Below are positions 22,078-32,207 of a DNA stretch of 64,000 nt, piece after piece. The translations under genes were made by a program, and so were the position numbers. This DNA comes from Nitrospirota bacterium (GTDB lineage: Bacteria; Nitrospirota; UBA9217), in contig CAVUHW010000015.1 of assembly GCA_963741205.1 (NCBI GenBank), positions 137,897 to 201,896 of the forward strand, given 5' to 3'. The notes below the pieces were generated by a model. It ran no database searches. It was given only the letters and a program-made list of their open reading frames with translations, and was not told the DNA's origin. Each line of letters opens with the position of its first letter. The stretch's first letter is position 1.

Positions 22078-23982
22078 ATGTCGATCAAGGAAGCGAAGGA
22101 AAAGGAATTTGACGCGCAGAAGCAGTCGATCCATCCCGATGCCTGGGCAATGCTCGACAAAGCAAGGAAGGATGGCGTGGAAACGGCCTGGGACCGGCTG
22201 CAGACGCAGACCCCCCACTGTACGTTCTGCGACCTCGGCCTGACGTGCAAAAACTGTATCATGGGGCCCTGCCGCATAAGTCCCAAAAAGGACGGCAAAA
22301 TGCAGCGGGGCGTGTGCGGGGCCGATGCTGATGTCATTGTTGCACGGAATCTCGGCAGGTTCATCGCCGGAGGGGCAGCAGGCCACTCCGATCACGGCCG
22401 CGACCTGATTGAGACCCTCGAGGCTGTTGTCGAGGGCCATGCGGAAGGCTACACGATCCGCGATGAGCCGAAGCTGCGGCGGCTTGCCCAAGAGTTGGGG
22501 ATCAAAACGGAAGGCAGGGGATTGATGGCTGTGGCCGAGGACTTCGTGGAAGAATGCTTCAAGGACTTCGGCAGCAGGAGAAAAGAAGTCGCTTTTCTGA
22601 AGCGGGCCCCGGAAAAGCGAAGGGAGATATGGAAGAAGCTCGGCATGACCCCCCGCGGCGTTGACCGCGAGATCGCCGAAATGATGCACCGCACCCACAT
22701 GGGCTGCGACAACGACGCAACAAACACCCTTGTCCACGCGGCGCGAACGGCCTTGTCCGACGGCTGGTCGGGTTCCATGATCGGCACCGAACTTTCGGAC
22801 TGCCTCTTCGGTACCCCGACCCTCCGCAAGGCGCAGGTCAATCTCGGCGTAATTAAAAAAGACCAGGTCAATATTCTCGTGCACGGCCACAACCCGGTGG
22901 TGTCGGAGATGATTCTGATGGCGGTGAACGACGTCGACCTGATCGCCCTGGCCGCTGAAAAAGGCGCTGTGGGCATCAACCTCGCGGGTCTGTGCTGCAC
23001 AGGCAATGAACTGCTGATGCGCCAGGGCATTCCCATTGCGGGCAACCACCTGATGACCGAACTTGCCATTGTGACCGGCGCGGTGGAGGCCGTGGTGGTG
23101 GACTACCAGTGCATCATGCCGAGCCTGGTCCAAGTCTCCGCCTGCTATCATACCAAGTTTATCACCACCTCGGAAAAGGCGCGGTTTACCGGCGCTGTCC
23201 ACTACGAGGTTAAGCCGCACAACGCGCGTGAACAGGCCCGAGCCATCGTCCGGCTGGCGATCGAGGGCTTCGAGAAGCGCGACCAGTCGCGCGTCGAGAT
23301 CCCCGGCGAGCCCGTGGATATTATGACCGGGTTTTCCAACGAGGCGATCCTCGCGGCCCTCGGTGGCACGCTGACCCCGATCATCGATGCGGTCAAAGCG
23401 GGCAAGGTCCGCGGCATCGTCGGCGTGGTGGGCTGCAACAATCCAAAGATCAAGCAGGACTCGGCCAACGTCACCCTTATCAAGGAGCTGATCAAAAAAG
23501 ACATCCTTGTCCTGGTGACCGGATGCTGCACCCCGGCGGCAGGCAAGGCAGGACTCCTCGTTCCAGAAGGCATCGAGATGGCCGGGCCTGGGCTCAAAGA
23601 AATTTGCGGCGCCCTCGGCATACCGCCGGTGCTTCACGTCGGGAGCTGCGTGGACAATTCAAGGATATTGCAGCTCTGCGGTCTTGTGGCAAACGAACTG
23701 GGCGTTGATATCTCCGATTTGCCAGTCGGAGCATCGTCGCCGGAATGGTACTCGGAAAAGGCGGCAGCCATCGGCACCTATGCCGTGGCGTCGGGCATCT
23801 ACACCCATCTCGGCCTGCCGCCCAACGTCCTGGGCTCGAAGACCGTTACCGATATCCTCCTGAACGGGCTCGAAGGCCTGGTCGGAGCGTCCTTTGTCGT
23901 TGAACCGGACCCGGTCAAGGGCGCGGTCCTTCTCGATGCGCGGATAGCGAAAAAGAGGGTCGCCCTCGGTCTCACGCCGTAG
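22078..23982 (+). CDS. cooS: Anaerobic Ni-Fe carbon monoxide dehydrogenase
   Basis: CTFC..TCKNCIMGPC, HSDH, HGHNP, LCCTGNE, DYQC, GCNN, GSCVDNSR, SEKA; SD AGGAGG. Confidence 0.96.
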   Translation: MSIKEAKEKEFDAQKQSIHPDAWAMLDKARKDGVETAWDRLQTQTPHCTFCDLGLTCKNCIMGPCRISPKKDGKMQRGVCGADADVIVARNLGRFIAGGAAGHSDHGRDLIETLEAVVEGHAEGYTIRDEPKLRRLAQELGIKTEGRGLMAVAEDFVEECFKDFGSRRKEVAFLKRAPEKRREIWKKLGMTPRGVDREIAEMMHRTHMGCDNDATNTLVHAARTALSDGWSGSMIGTELSDCLFGTPTLRKAQVNLGVIKKDQVNILVHGHNPVVSEMILMAVNDVDLIALAAEKGAVGINLAGLCCTGNELLMRQGIPIAGNHLMTELAIVTGAVEAVVVDYQCIMPSLVQVSACYHTKFITTSEKARFTGAVHYEVKPHNAREQARAIVRLAIEGFEKRDQSRVEIPGEPVDIMTGFSNEAILAALGGTLTPIIDAVKAGKVRGIVGVVGCNNPKIKQDSANVTLIKELIKKDILVLVTGCCTPAAGKAGLLVPEGIEMAGPGLKEICGALGIPPVLHVGSCVDNSRILQLCGLVANELGVDISDLPVGASSPEWYSEKAAAIGTYAVASGIYTHLGLPPNVLGSKTVTDILLNGLEGLVGASFVVEPDPVKGAVLLDARIAKKRVALGLTP

Positions 23983-24031
23983 CATTTAATCCGGAGATTG
24001 AATGCAGGGTCCGCCCGTCATATTGCGGGAG

Positions 24032-24091
24032 GTGAACCGGGAGGTGTTCGACATCTCTTGCAAGTCGCCGAGTACGATCGAGTGGGAGTAA
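24032..24091 (+). repeat. Degenerate copy of guaA 3' end (att-like scar)
   Basis: Translates VNREVFDISCKSPSTIEWE* versus gua[20 protein letters not shown]. Confidence 0.9.
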
Positions 24092-24096
24092 TTTTT

Positions 24097-24222
24097 TACC
24101 GCAGAGAGCACAGAGAAAATCGAAGAGCAAAATAAGATTAAACCGCTGGGGCGCAAGGGTCGCGAAGTAGTTTCTTGAAAAAGAACCTGCTTCCCTTTGC
24201 GCTCTTTGCGTTTTTGCGGTAA
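24097..24222. repeat. 9-bp periodic REP-like inverted repeat
   Basis: ACCGCAGAGAGCACAGAG; ACCGCTGGGGCGCAAGGGTCGCGAAG ... CTTTGCGCTCTTTGCGTTTTTGCGGT. Confidence 0.6.
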
Positions 24223-24271
24223 AATTTTATTTTCATTGGCAACGCAGGGCCGGGAAAGGTAAACAAACACG

Positions 24272-24451
24272 ATGACCGCCGTTGATTTCATTCTTATAGG
24301 TCTTGCCGCAGTCGCAGGCGGTATGGTGAACGCGCTCGCGGGCGGAGGCACGCTGATCACGTTCCCCATGCTTACCGCGGTCGGCGTTCCGCCGGTTGCG
24401 GCGAACGTGACGAACACGGTCGGCCGCCATCTACTTTGTGCGTTGAACTGA
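24272..24451 (+). pseudogene. Truncated TauE/SafE (sulfite exporter family) N-terminus
   Basis: [33 protein letters not shown], then abrupt loss of homology and stop at 59 aa. Confidence 0.75.
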
Positions 24452-24517
24452 TTGAGGGTATAATTATAAGGAGCGGGCGGAAGGGCCGGCGTTATCTTTA
24501 CCGAGGGAGGGGCTGTC

Positions 24518-25192
24518 ATGAAACGTGTCTTTTTTGCAATTATGGCGGCATTGCTGCTGAGCATGTTGAGTGGAGGTGCACTGGCCCAGGAAAAGGCGGG
24601 GGTGGAAGTGGGGCTCAAGATGTTTCTGAACCAGTGGACAGTGAGCGCCCCGGGCGCGTCGGACGTCTCATCGGATAGCACGATGCTTCTCGGGCCGGCT
24701 GTCGAAATCAAGTTCAACAATCCTTTTTTTGCGGCAGCACAGTACCTTGTTTCCACCTCCGATTATAGATTCAACGACCCGAATTTCAAGTCCAACCGGC
24801 AGGATGCGGAAATCGCAATCGGCTACTTTGTCATTCCCGGTTTCGGACTTGTGGCGGGATACAAGAACTCATCGGCGCAGAACAGGGTATCAGGATCGAG
24901 ATCGACTCTGGACGGACCGCTTCTCGGGATACTGGGAATAGCGCAGGCTGACCAGTTCCTTTCATTCTACGGCAAGCTCGACTATCTCTTCACCCGGTTT
25001 AAGGGGTCGGATGCCTTGGGCGAATTTCGGGAAGACAGCCCGGGATGGATATTCGAATTCGGCCTCAGGTATGCTTTTACCAAGGCATTCCTGGGCGATA
25101 TAGGCTATCGGTACGAAACGAACAAAGGAGTCGATACAGGTTTCCGGGACACCTTTTCGGGGTTGACCTTAAGCGGGATGCTCACGTTTTAG
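24518..25192 (+). CDS. Outer-membrane beta-barrel protein
   Basis: Signal peptide, alternating beta strands, DIGYRY, C-terminal Phe. Confidence 0.75.
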   Translation: MKRVFFAIMAALLLSMLSGGALAQEKAGVEVGLKMFLNQWTVSAPGASDVSSDSTMLLGPAVEIKFNNPFFAAAQYLVSTSDYRFNDPNFKSNRQDAEIAIGYFVIPGFGLVAGYKNSSAQNRVSGSRSTLDGPLLGILGIAQADQFLSFYGKLDYLFTRFKGSDALGEFREDSPGWIFEFGLRYAFTKAFLGDIGYRYETNKGVDTGFRDTFSGLTLSGMLTF

Positions 25193-25230
25193 CAGTTGAA
25201 GTGTCCCCGAAGCGGAGAAGGTGAAAAGGT

Positions 25231-25623
25231 CTAGTCGTTCGTCTTCGGCGTTAAGGAGTCGAACTCCGCTCCGAACTGGCTCGCCGCGGAGACGCCGACT
25301 TCCTGCAGCATGCGCGCGTGGGTTTTCTTGACGAGGTCGACCGAGACGGCGAGCCCCTTGGCCACATCTTCAAGGCTCTGTCTCTTCTCGAAGTGGCGTT
25401 CGGCGATCATGATCTTCAGGAAATCCACCTGGATCATCGATTTTAATTCGGGGTCTTCGATGGCATAGCTTTCATAGGCCTGCTGGAGCGTTTTGCCGGA
25501 GGCCACGGCCTCGCGAAAGCTTTTCACCGCCTCTTCGTAGATCCGGTTCTCCTCGGGCGTGAACTCTTTGAAGCTGAACTCGGGCATGTCTGTTTTTTTC
25601 TTCTGCTTGTCTCTCTTTTTCAT
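25231..25623 (-). CDS. Hypothetical protein
   Basis: 130-aa ORF with host-like codon use, co-oriented with the FTR gene. Confidence 0.7.
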   Translation of the reverse strand: MKKRDKQKKKTDMPEFSFKEFTPEENRIYEEAVKSFREAVASGKTLQQAYESYAIEDPELKSMIQVDFLKIMIAERHFEKRQSLEDVAKGLAVSVDLVKKTHARMLQEVGVSAASQFGAEFDSLTPKTND

Positions 25624-25671
25624 CTTTCGATTTCCTTATGCTTGATACCAGTATCCAGAATCTTTCTACCC

Positions 25672-26004
25672 TCACATCACCCGCTTTTCCCTCGGCCTCC
25701 GCTCGGGCACCTGAACGTGTTCGACGGCCCCTTCGTTCCACGCGGCGGATACGTAGAGACCGCAGAAGCAGCTTCCGAATTCCTTGATATCGGGGTCCCG
25801 GTACACGCAGGGGCAGACGATGTCCTTGTCCTTTTCTTTGACGCCCCAGGCCAGGCGGCAGGGGCAGGAACGGTAACCGTACCTCGCCTCGTTCGCGAGC
25901 AGTCCCTGCAGGATGTCCATAACGAAGGGCTTGTCCTTGTTCAGGCGAATACCCTGGGACTCGGCATACTTCGAAAGGATGTCATGAAGTTTATCGGGGG
26001 TCAC
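25672..26004 (-). CDS. Ferredoxin:thioredoxin reductase catalytic-subunit-like protein
   Basis: YG..SCPCR, CPC, GSCFCGLY motifs. Confidence 0.9.
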   Translation of the reverse strand: MTPDKLHDILSKYAESQGIRLNKDKPFVMDILQGLLANEARYGYRSCPCRLAWGVKEKDKDIVCPCVYRDPDIKEFGSCFCGLYVSAAWNEGAVEHVQVPERRPREKRVM

Positions 26005-26264
26005 GGGAGGTCCAATGCCTTTTTGATCTTTTCTTCGTTAAAACCGACGATGACGGCGTCGCCGATGCAGATGGTCGGAAAACTGCAATCAGGGTTCAGC
26101 TTTCTCACCTCGTCCATGATCGCAGCCCGTTCCGCGCCGTCCAACAGGTCTACGTCGGTGAACTCCACGATGATCCCCATGTCCTTAAAAAATCGCTTCG
26201 TCCTGTGGCAATGAGAACAGGTGCTTAAGGTAAAGCATCTTATTGAAGGTTTGGCTGATGGCAT
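26001..26264 (-). CDS. Glutaredoxin/NrdH-like protein
   Basis: STCSHC, SFPTI, IVGF; overlaps the FTR start by 4 bp. Confidence 0.88.
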   Translation of the reverse strand: MPSAKPSIRCFTLSTCSHCHRTKRFFKDMGIIVEFTDVDLLDGAERAAIMDEVRKLNPDCSFPTICIGDAVIVGFNEEKIKKALDLP

Positions 26265-26391
26265 AACAACATTCTCCTTAGGGAAAGTGTCTGACAATAT
26301 ACCATGACAAAGCTCTCCATGCAATCGATTTTGACACAATCAGTACAGGCCCGCCTTGACTCTCTCTCGGCATCCATGGGATAATAATTCC

Positions 26392-26958
26392 ATGAAGCAA
26401 TTCTTCTGTATAATGAGCGTTGCGCTTCTCATCACCGCCTGCTCGCCGGTGTTGAGCCGCGAGTTGATGCGTCAAGGCTCGCTCGACGTCCCTCTGAACC
26501 AGCTCCGGGAGACGCCCGACAACTACAAGGGCAGGCTTTATATTCTCGGCGGCGTGATCGTGAACACCCGGCTGACGGACAGGGAGTCCCAGATCGAGGC
26601 GCTGTACTATCCGGTGGACTCCTACGGGTATCTGAAAGAAGGGGCGCGCGCGGAGGGCAGGTTTGTTGCCGTCTACCCGAGGTCACGAGGAATGCTCGAC
26701 CCCGAAGTTTTCAAGAGAGGCAGGGAGATAACCCTCGCGGGCGAGTTCCTCGAAACGATAAAGGGAAAGATCGATGAGATGGAATACGCCTATCCGGTTT
26801 TCGAGATCAGGCAAATCTATCTCTGGGACGAGGAGAGGTACAGACCGTATTCTTCGTACTACTACCCCTACTACCCTTACTACAACAACTATCCGTTTCT
26901 CTACGACCCCTGGGGGCGGCCCTATCCGAACCCGTTCTGGACCATGCCGCCGTGGTGA
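26392..26958 (+). CDS. Slp-family outer-membrane lipoprotein
   Basis: Lipobox ITAC, LGGVIV, GRF, LDP..F..GR.IT, YAYP, Tyr/Pro-rich tail. Confidence 0.85.
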   Translation: MKQFFCIMSVALLITACSPVLSRELMRQGSLDVPLNQLRETPDNYKGRLYILGGVIVNTRLTDRESQIEALYYPVDSYGYLKEGARAEGRFVAVYPRSRGMLDPEVFKRGREITLAGEFLETIKGKIDEMEYAYPVFEIRQIYLWDEERYRPYSSYYYPYYPYYNNYPFLYDPWGRPYPNPFWTMPPW

Positions 26959-27070
26959 GGAGCCCTCGCTTGCCATAAGGAGCACGAAGCAGGGATAGGA
27001 AGGTGCGCGTCGTAAACGCTGTGTAATCCCTTCATGATTTCCGGCATGGGAGCCGGCGTTACTCCACCTG

Positions 27071-28648
27071 CTACTTCACCATCACGGTTCTTTTCTTCCA
27101 GTTCCTTCCCTTGGCTGGGAAGTCGCTCCTGAAGTGCGCGCCCACGCTTCCTTTGCGCCGGAGGGCTGACCGGGTGATCAGCGTGGCCGCGGTGATCATA
27201 TTCCTGAGTTCGAAGAAGTTCCGGCCCGGTCCGAAGTCCTTCATCGCCCGGTCCCATTCGCTGAGTTGCTTGAGCGCACCGGTAAGGTCCTTTGCGTTTC
27301 TCACGATCCCGACTTTTTCCCACATGAGCTTTTTCAGCGAAGCCCTGACTTCGACCGCCAGCGCCGAAGCCTGCTTGGACCCTGGTTCCATGCCCTTTCT
27401 CCGCCCCGTCAACCGCGGCTCCGGTGCAATGCGCCGGGGCTGTTTCCGGGCATATCGGGCAGCAGCGAGTCCCGCCCGCTCTCCGAATACCAGTCCTTCC
27501 AGGAGCGAGTTGCTCGCCAGGCGGTTCGCGCCGTGGACGCCCGTGCAGGCCGTTTCGCCCGCTGTAAAGAGGCCGGGGATGCTGGTGGCGCCCCAGAGGT
27601 CGGTCTTGACGCCGCCCATGAAGTAGTGGGCGGCGGGAGAGACCGGGATGGGCTCGCGGGCAATGTCGATGCCGAGGTCTTTGCAGGTCCGGTAGATGCG
27701 GGGAAAGCGCCGGATTATGTAGCCGGCGTTCAGGTGCGTCACATCGAGATAGACGTGGTTCGATTTTGTCTCGACCATCTCGGACTGGATTGCGCGGGTG
27801 ACCACGTCGCGCGGCGCGAGCTCCCTTGCCGGGTGGTAGCGGTCCATGAACCGCTCGCCGCTCGCGTTCCGGAGCATGCCGCCTTCGCCGCGCATGGCCT
27901 CGGAGAGCAGGAACTGCGGCGCGCCCTGGCGAAAGAGCGCCGTGGGATGGAACTGGACGAACTCCATGTCGATGAGCGCCGCGCCCGCCCGGTACGCCAT
28001 CGCGATGCCGTCGGCGGTCGCGACGGCCGGGTTCGTGGTCCGCTCGTAGAGCTGGCCCGCGCCGCCCGTGGCCAGGAGCACGGCGCGCGCCGAGATGACA
28101 AGGACCTTCTTGAGCGCCTGCTGGCACACGACCGCGCCGATGCATCGTCCGTCCCGGATGATCAGGTCTCGCGTAAAGGCGAAGTCGATCTTCGATACCG
28201 TGCCCGAGGAGCGCACCTTGTCGATCAAGACCCGCATGATCTCATGTCCCGTCGAGTCTCCCTGGGCATGGAGGATCCTTCGCTTCGAATGCGCCGCCTC
28301 CTGCGTGAAGGCGAGTTTCGTGCCCTCCCGGTCGAACTCGGCGCCCCACAGGATGAGCTCGCGGATGCGGGTGGGCCCCTCTTCTACGAGCGTGCTGACC
28401 GCTTTCCGGAGGCAGAGCCCGTCGCCAGCCTTGATCGTGTCTTCAAAATGGATCGATATCTCGTCCTCGTCCGAGAGCGCGACGGCCACGCCGCCCTGGG
28501 CGTACTCGCTGCTGCTCTCGGACGGCGCGTCCTTGGTCACCACGAGGACCTCGCCGCTGCGCGCGAGTTCCACTGCCGCGCGGAGACCCGCAACACCCCC
28601 GCCGATGATCAGGAAATCAGTTTGTATGTGCTCTTCGGTGTAGTTCAT
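27071..28648 (-). CDS. nadB: L-aspartate oxidase
   Basis: AQGGVA, EAAHSKRRILHA, QFHPT, LLSEAMRGEG, HGANRLASNSLLE. Confidence 0.95.
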   Translation of the reverse strand: MNYTEEHIQTDFLIIGGGVAGLRAAVELARSGEVLVVTKDAPSESSSEYAQGGVAVALSDEDEISIHFEDTIKAGDGLCLRKAVSTLVEEGPTRIRELILWGAEFDREGTKLAFTQEAAHSKRRILHAQGDSTGHEIMRVLIDKVRSSGTVSKIDFAFTRDLIIRDGRCIGAVVCQQALKKVLVISARAVLLATGGAGQLYERTTNPAVATADGIAMAYRAGAALIDMEFVQFHPTALFRQGAPQFLLSEAMRGEGGMLRNASGERFMDRYHPARELAPRDVVTRAIQSEMVETKSNHVYLDVTHLNAGYIIRRFPRIYRTCKDLGIDIAREPIPVSPAAHYFMGGVKTDLWGATSIPGLFTAGETACTGVHGANRLASNSLLEGLVFGERAGLAAARYARKQPRRIAPEPRLTGRRKGMEPGSKQASALAVEVRASLKKLMWEKVGIVRNAKDLTGALKQLSEWDRAMKDFGPGRNFFELRNMITAATLITRSALRRKGSVGAHFRSDFPAKGRNWKKRTVMVK

Positions 28649-28670
28649 GTCTATGGGTTATGAGTTTCAC

Positions 28671-28783
28671 CCTGCACTCGCGCGAAGCACTCGTAAGCGC
28701 TGGGCGCAGGCGGGTTGCGGGCTGCGGGTTTTAACTCGCAACTCGTAACCCGCAACTCGCAACATTGAACTTGAACTCTGAAC
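28671..28783. repeat. 40-bp CCTGC..GCAGG mini-element plus 7-bp periodic inverted repeats
   Basis: GCGGGTT GCGGGCT GCGGGTT / AACTCGC AACTCGT AACCCGC AACTCGC; mini-element similar to 58410-58449. Confidence 0.7.
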
Positions 28784-29259
28784 TATGGTTTATGCTCCGG
28801 CGTCTCTCCCGGCTGGGCGGGGAAGGGGTTTTTCCCGTCGATGGAAATCAGCTTAAAACTGCCCGGATCGAAGACCAGTGTCACCCTGCCGCCGTCCTTC
28901 AGGGCGCCTCCCTTCGAGGACAGCCATTCCGCGTCCCAGGTAAACGTCGTCCTGATCGGCCCCTTGTCTTCGATCAGGATGAGCATCTTGGCGTACTGGA
29001 TGTTGAAATGAATGGTCTCGTACTTCGCGAAGACCTCGGTGAGGGATTTTGTGAACGTCGTCCTGTTGGGAAAGCTTGCGGACACATCGGACATGAAGGT
29101 GTCGAGGTCTTTCTGCTCGTAAGCTTTATTCATTCCTCTCAGGACGGAAAGGACGTTCTTGCTTTTTACGGCGGCCTGCTCGGGCGGCTTTTTGCTGCTG
29201 CAGGCCGGAAAAGAGATGAGCATGGCGAAGACGGCAGCAAGAGCAAGAATGCGGTTCAT
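28783..29259 (-). CDS. Lipoprotein, possibly NTF2-like
   Basis: Lipobox FPAC; AYEQKDLDTFMS helix followed by beta strands. Confidence 0.7.
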   Translation of the reverse strand: MNRILALAAVFAMLISFPACSSKKPPEQAAVKSKNVLSVLRGMNKAYEQKDLDTFMSDVSASFPNRTTFTKSLTEVFAKYETIHFNIQYAKMLILIEDKGPIRTTFTWDAEWLSSKGGALKDGGRVTLVFDPGSFKLISIDGKNPFPAQPGETPEHKP

Positions 29260-29280
29260 GGGGCCTCCGGATGATTCGGA

Positions 29281-29390
29281 TTGAGAGTCTCAAGTTGCGA
29301 GTCTCAAGTTTCAAGTTAAGAATGCAGTATTAGAACTAGCCTTTTGAATGTCGTTTTTTGCATTTCAGCTTGAGACTTGAAACTTGAGAT
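29281..29390. repeat. 7-bp periodic inverted repeat
   Basis: TCTCAAG TTGCGAG TCTCAAG TTTCAAG ... CTTGAGA CTTGAAA CTTGAGA. Confidence 0.7.
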
Positions 29391-29400
29391 CAGGATTCGT

Positions 29401-32207
29401 TTATAGTATTTTCTTCAGAAACTGCCCGGTGTACGATTCTTTCGACTTGGCAACGTCCTCGGGCGCGCCCTGGATGACGATCTGGCCGCCGCGGTCTCCC
29501 CCTTCGGGGCCCAGGTCGATGATCCAGTCCGCTGTCTTAATGACATCGAGATTGTGCTCGATCACGACGACCGTGTTGCCTGCGTTCACCAGTTGGTTCA
29601 GCATGTCCAGGAGTTTCTGCGTGTCGGCGAAGTGAAGGCCCGTCGTGGGCTCGTCCAGGATATAAAAAGTGCGGCCCGTTGCGCGGCGCGAGAGTTCCTT
29701 CGAGAGCTTCACGCGCTGCGACTCGCCGCCCGAGAGGGTCGTGGCGGACTGGCCAAGGGTTATATAGCCCAGCCCCACGTCCAGGAGCGTCTGGAGCTTG
29801 GACTTCACCGGAGGAACGTTCTGAAAGAATTCATGGGCCTGCTCCACGGTCATGGCGAGCACGTCTGCGATGCTCTTCCCCTTGAACTTGATGTCGAGGG
29901 TCTCGCGGTTATAGCGGCTGCCGTGGCAAACGTCGCAGGTTACGTACACGTCGGGAAGGAAGTGCATCTCGATCTTGATGAGCCCGTCGCCCTCGCAGGC
30001 CTCGCACCTGCCGCCCTTGACGTTGAAGCTGTAGCGGCCGGGCTTGTACCCGCGCATGCGCGAGTCCGGAAGCTGCGCAAAGAGGTCGCGCACGGGCCCG
30101 AACACGCCGGTGTAGGTCGCGGGATTGGAGCGGGGCGTCCTGCCGATGGGGGACTGGTCGATGTCGATCACCTTGTCGATGTGCTCCAGGCCCTTGATGT
30201 CCTTGTGCCTGCCGGCGCGCTCCGTGGAGCGGTAGAGGCGCTGCGCGAGGGCGCGGTACAGGATGTCCACGACCAGCGTGCTCTTGCCCGACCCCGACAC
30301 GCCCGTCACGCAGGTGAAAACGCCCAGGGGGAACTTGACCGTAATATTCTTGAGGTTGTTCTCGGACGCCTCGACGACGCTGATGGATTTCTCGGAGTTC
30401 CTGCGGAGCGGCGGCACCTCGATGAAGGCCTTTCCCGAAAGGTACTGCCCGGTGAGCGAATGTTCGATCCGCTGGACCTCTTCCGGCGTGCCCTGGGCCA
30501 CGATCTCCCCGCCGTGCACGCCGGCCCCCGGGCCCATGTCGATCACGTGGTCGGCGGAGCGGATGGTCTCCTCGTCGTGCTCCACCACGAGCACGGTATT
30601 GCCGAGGTCGCGGAGGCGGAACAGGGTGTCGAGGAGCCTGCGGTTGTCCCGCTGGTGCAGGCCGATCGAGGGCTCGTCCAGAATGTACAAGACGCCGACC
30701 AGGGACGATCCGATCTGCGTGGCGAGGCGGATGCGCTGGCCTTCGCCCCCGGAGAGGGTGGCCGAACCGCGGTCCAGGGTGAGGTAATCGAGGCCCACGT
30801 GCACCATGAACCCGAGACGCTCCCGGATCTCCTTCAGGATCCGCTGGGCGATGGCGGTGTCCTTTTCCGTGAGCGTGATACCACCGAAGAAGGCGAGCGC
30901 CTGCTTGATGCTCATGCGCGTCACCTCGTCGATGCCGAGGCCCGCCACCTTGATTGAAAGCGATTCTTTCCTCAAGCGGCTCCCGCCGCAGTCCGGGCAG
31001 GTCTGGTAGCTCATGTACTGTTCGAGCTCCCACTGGGTGGCGAAGGAGTCGGTCTCGTCGTACCGCCTGCTTCAGGATTTGAAGGATACCCTCGAAGGGT
31101 TCGCAAGCCGCGGCCTTCCCGGTCCGTCCTGACACCGATTTCACGACCGCCCTCGTCCATGCCGAAAAGGAGGGCCTTCTGCTGGGCCGGCTTCAGCTCC
31201 TTCCACGGCCGGTTCACGTCAAAGCCGCAGCCCTGCGCGAGCGAATCGAGCATCTGGAAATACTGGAACGACGTGCGCTTGGCCCAGGGCTTGATCGCCC
31301 CTTCCCGGAGCGAGAGGTTGGGGTTCGGGACGATAAGGTCGGGATCGAACTCCAGGAGTCCGCCGAGACCGTCGCAGGTCTGGCACGCCCCCTGGGGGCT
31401 GTTGAAGGAGAAGCTGTTCGGTGCGATCTCGGGGTAGCTGATCCCGTCCACGATGCAGGAGAGCTTCTCGCTGTAGAGCAGGTCCTTCTTCTGGTCCACC
31501 AGGTTCACGAGCACGATGCCGTCGGCCTGGCGGAGCGCGGTCTCGATGGACTCGGCGAGCCTTCGCTCCACGCCGGCCTTCACCACGAGCCGGTCGATCA
31601 CGATCTCGATGTCGTGCTTCTTTTTCTTGTCCATCGGGACCGGCTCGGAAAGCTCCTTGATCACGCCGTCGATCCGCGCACGAACATAGCCCGAGGCGCC
31701 CGCGGCCATGAGCTCCTTCTTATATTCTCCCTTCCTGCCCCGCACGATCGGCGCAAGTACCTGGATGCGGCTGCCCTCGGGCAGGGCCATGACGCTGTCC
31801 GTGATCTGCTGCACGGTCTGGGCGGCGATCTCCCTTCCGCATTTGTAACAGTAGGGCTTGCCGATCCTCGCGTACAGCAGGCGCAGGTAATCGTACACCT
31901 CGGTCACCGTGCCCACGGTGGAACGGGGGTTCTTGCTCGTCGTCTTCTGCTCGATGGCGATGGCGGGAGAGAGACCGTCGATGGAATCCACGTCCGGCTT
32001 GTCCATCTGGCCCAGGAACTGGCGGGCGTAGGCAGAGAGGCTCTCGACGTACCGGCGCTGTCCTTCGGCATAGATGGTGTCGAAGGCCAGCGACGATTTG
32101 CCGGAGCCCGAAAGACCGGTGATCACGACGAGCCTGTCCCGCGGGATTTCAAGGTCTATATTCTTGAGGTTGTGCTGACGGCAGCCTTTTAATACGATTT
32201 TGTCCAT
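29401..32207 (-). CDS. uvrA: Excinuclease ABC subunit A (frameshifts near 31070-31130)
   Basis: Two GxSGSGKS Walker A motifs, [21 protein letters not shown], Zn fingers. Confidence 0.95.

Larger units (their letters stand above)
21009..24091. mobile_element. Degenerate guaA-anchored islet (rcoM-like plus cooS), no integrase
   Basis: Last 60 bp of guaA (21009-21068) repeated at 24032-24091 with 51/60 identity, including GAGTGGGA. Confidence 0.65.

Noticed and set aside
22003-23637. Long antisense or alternative-frame ORFs (also 27266-28663, 29554-30957, 36755-38221, 42203-44110)
   Set aside because: They are shadows of GC3-biased genes on the opposite strand or frame, with no recognisable motifs.
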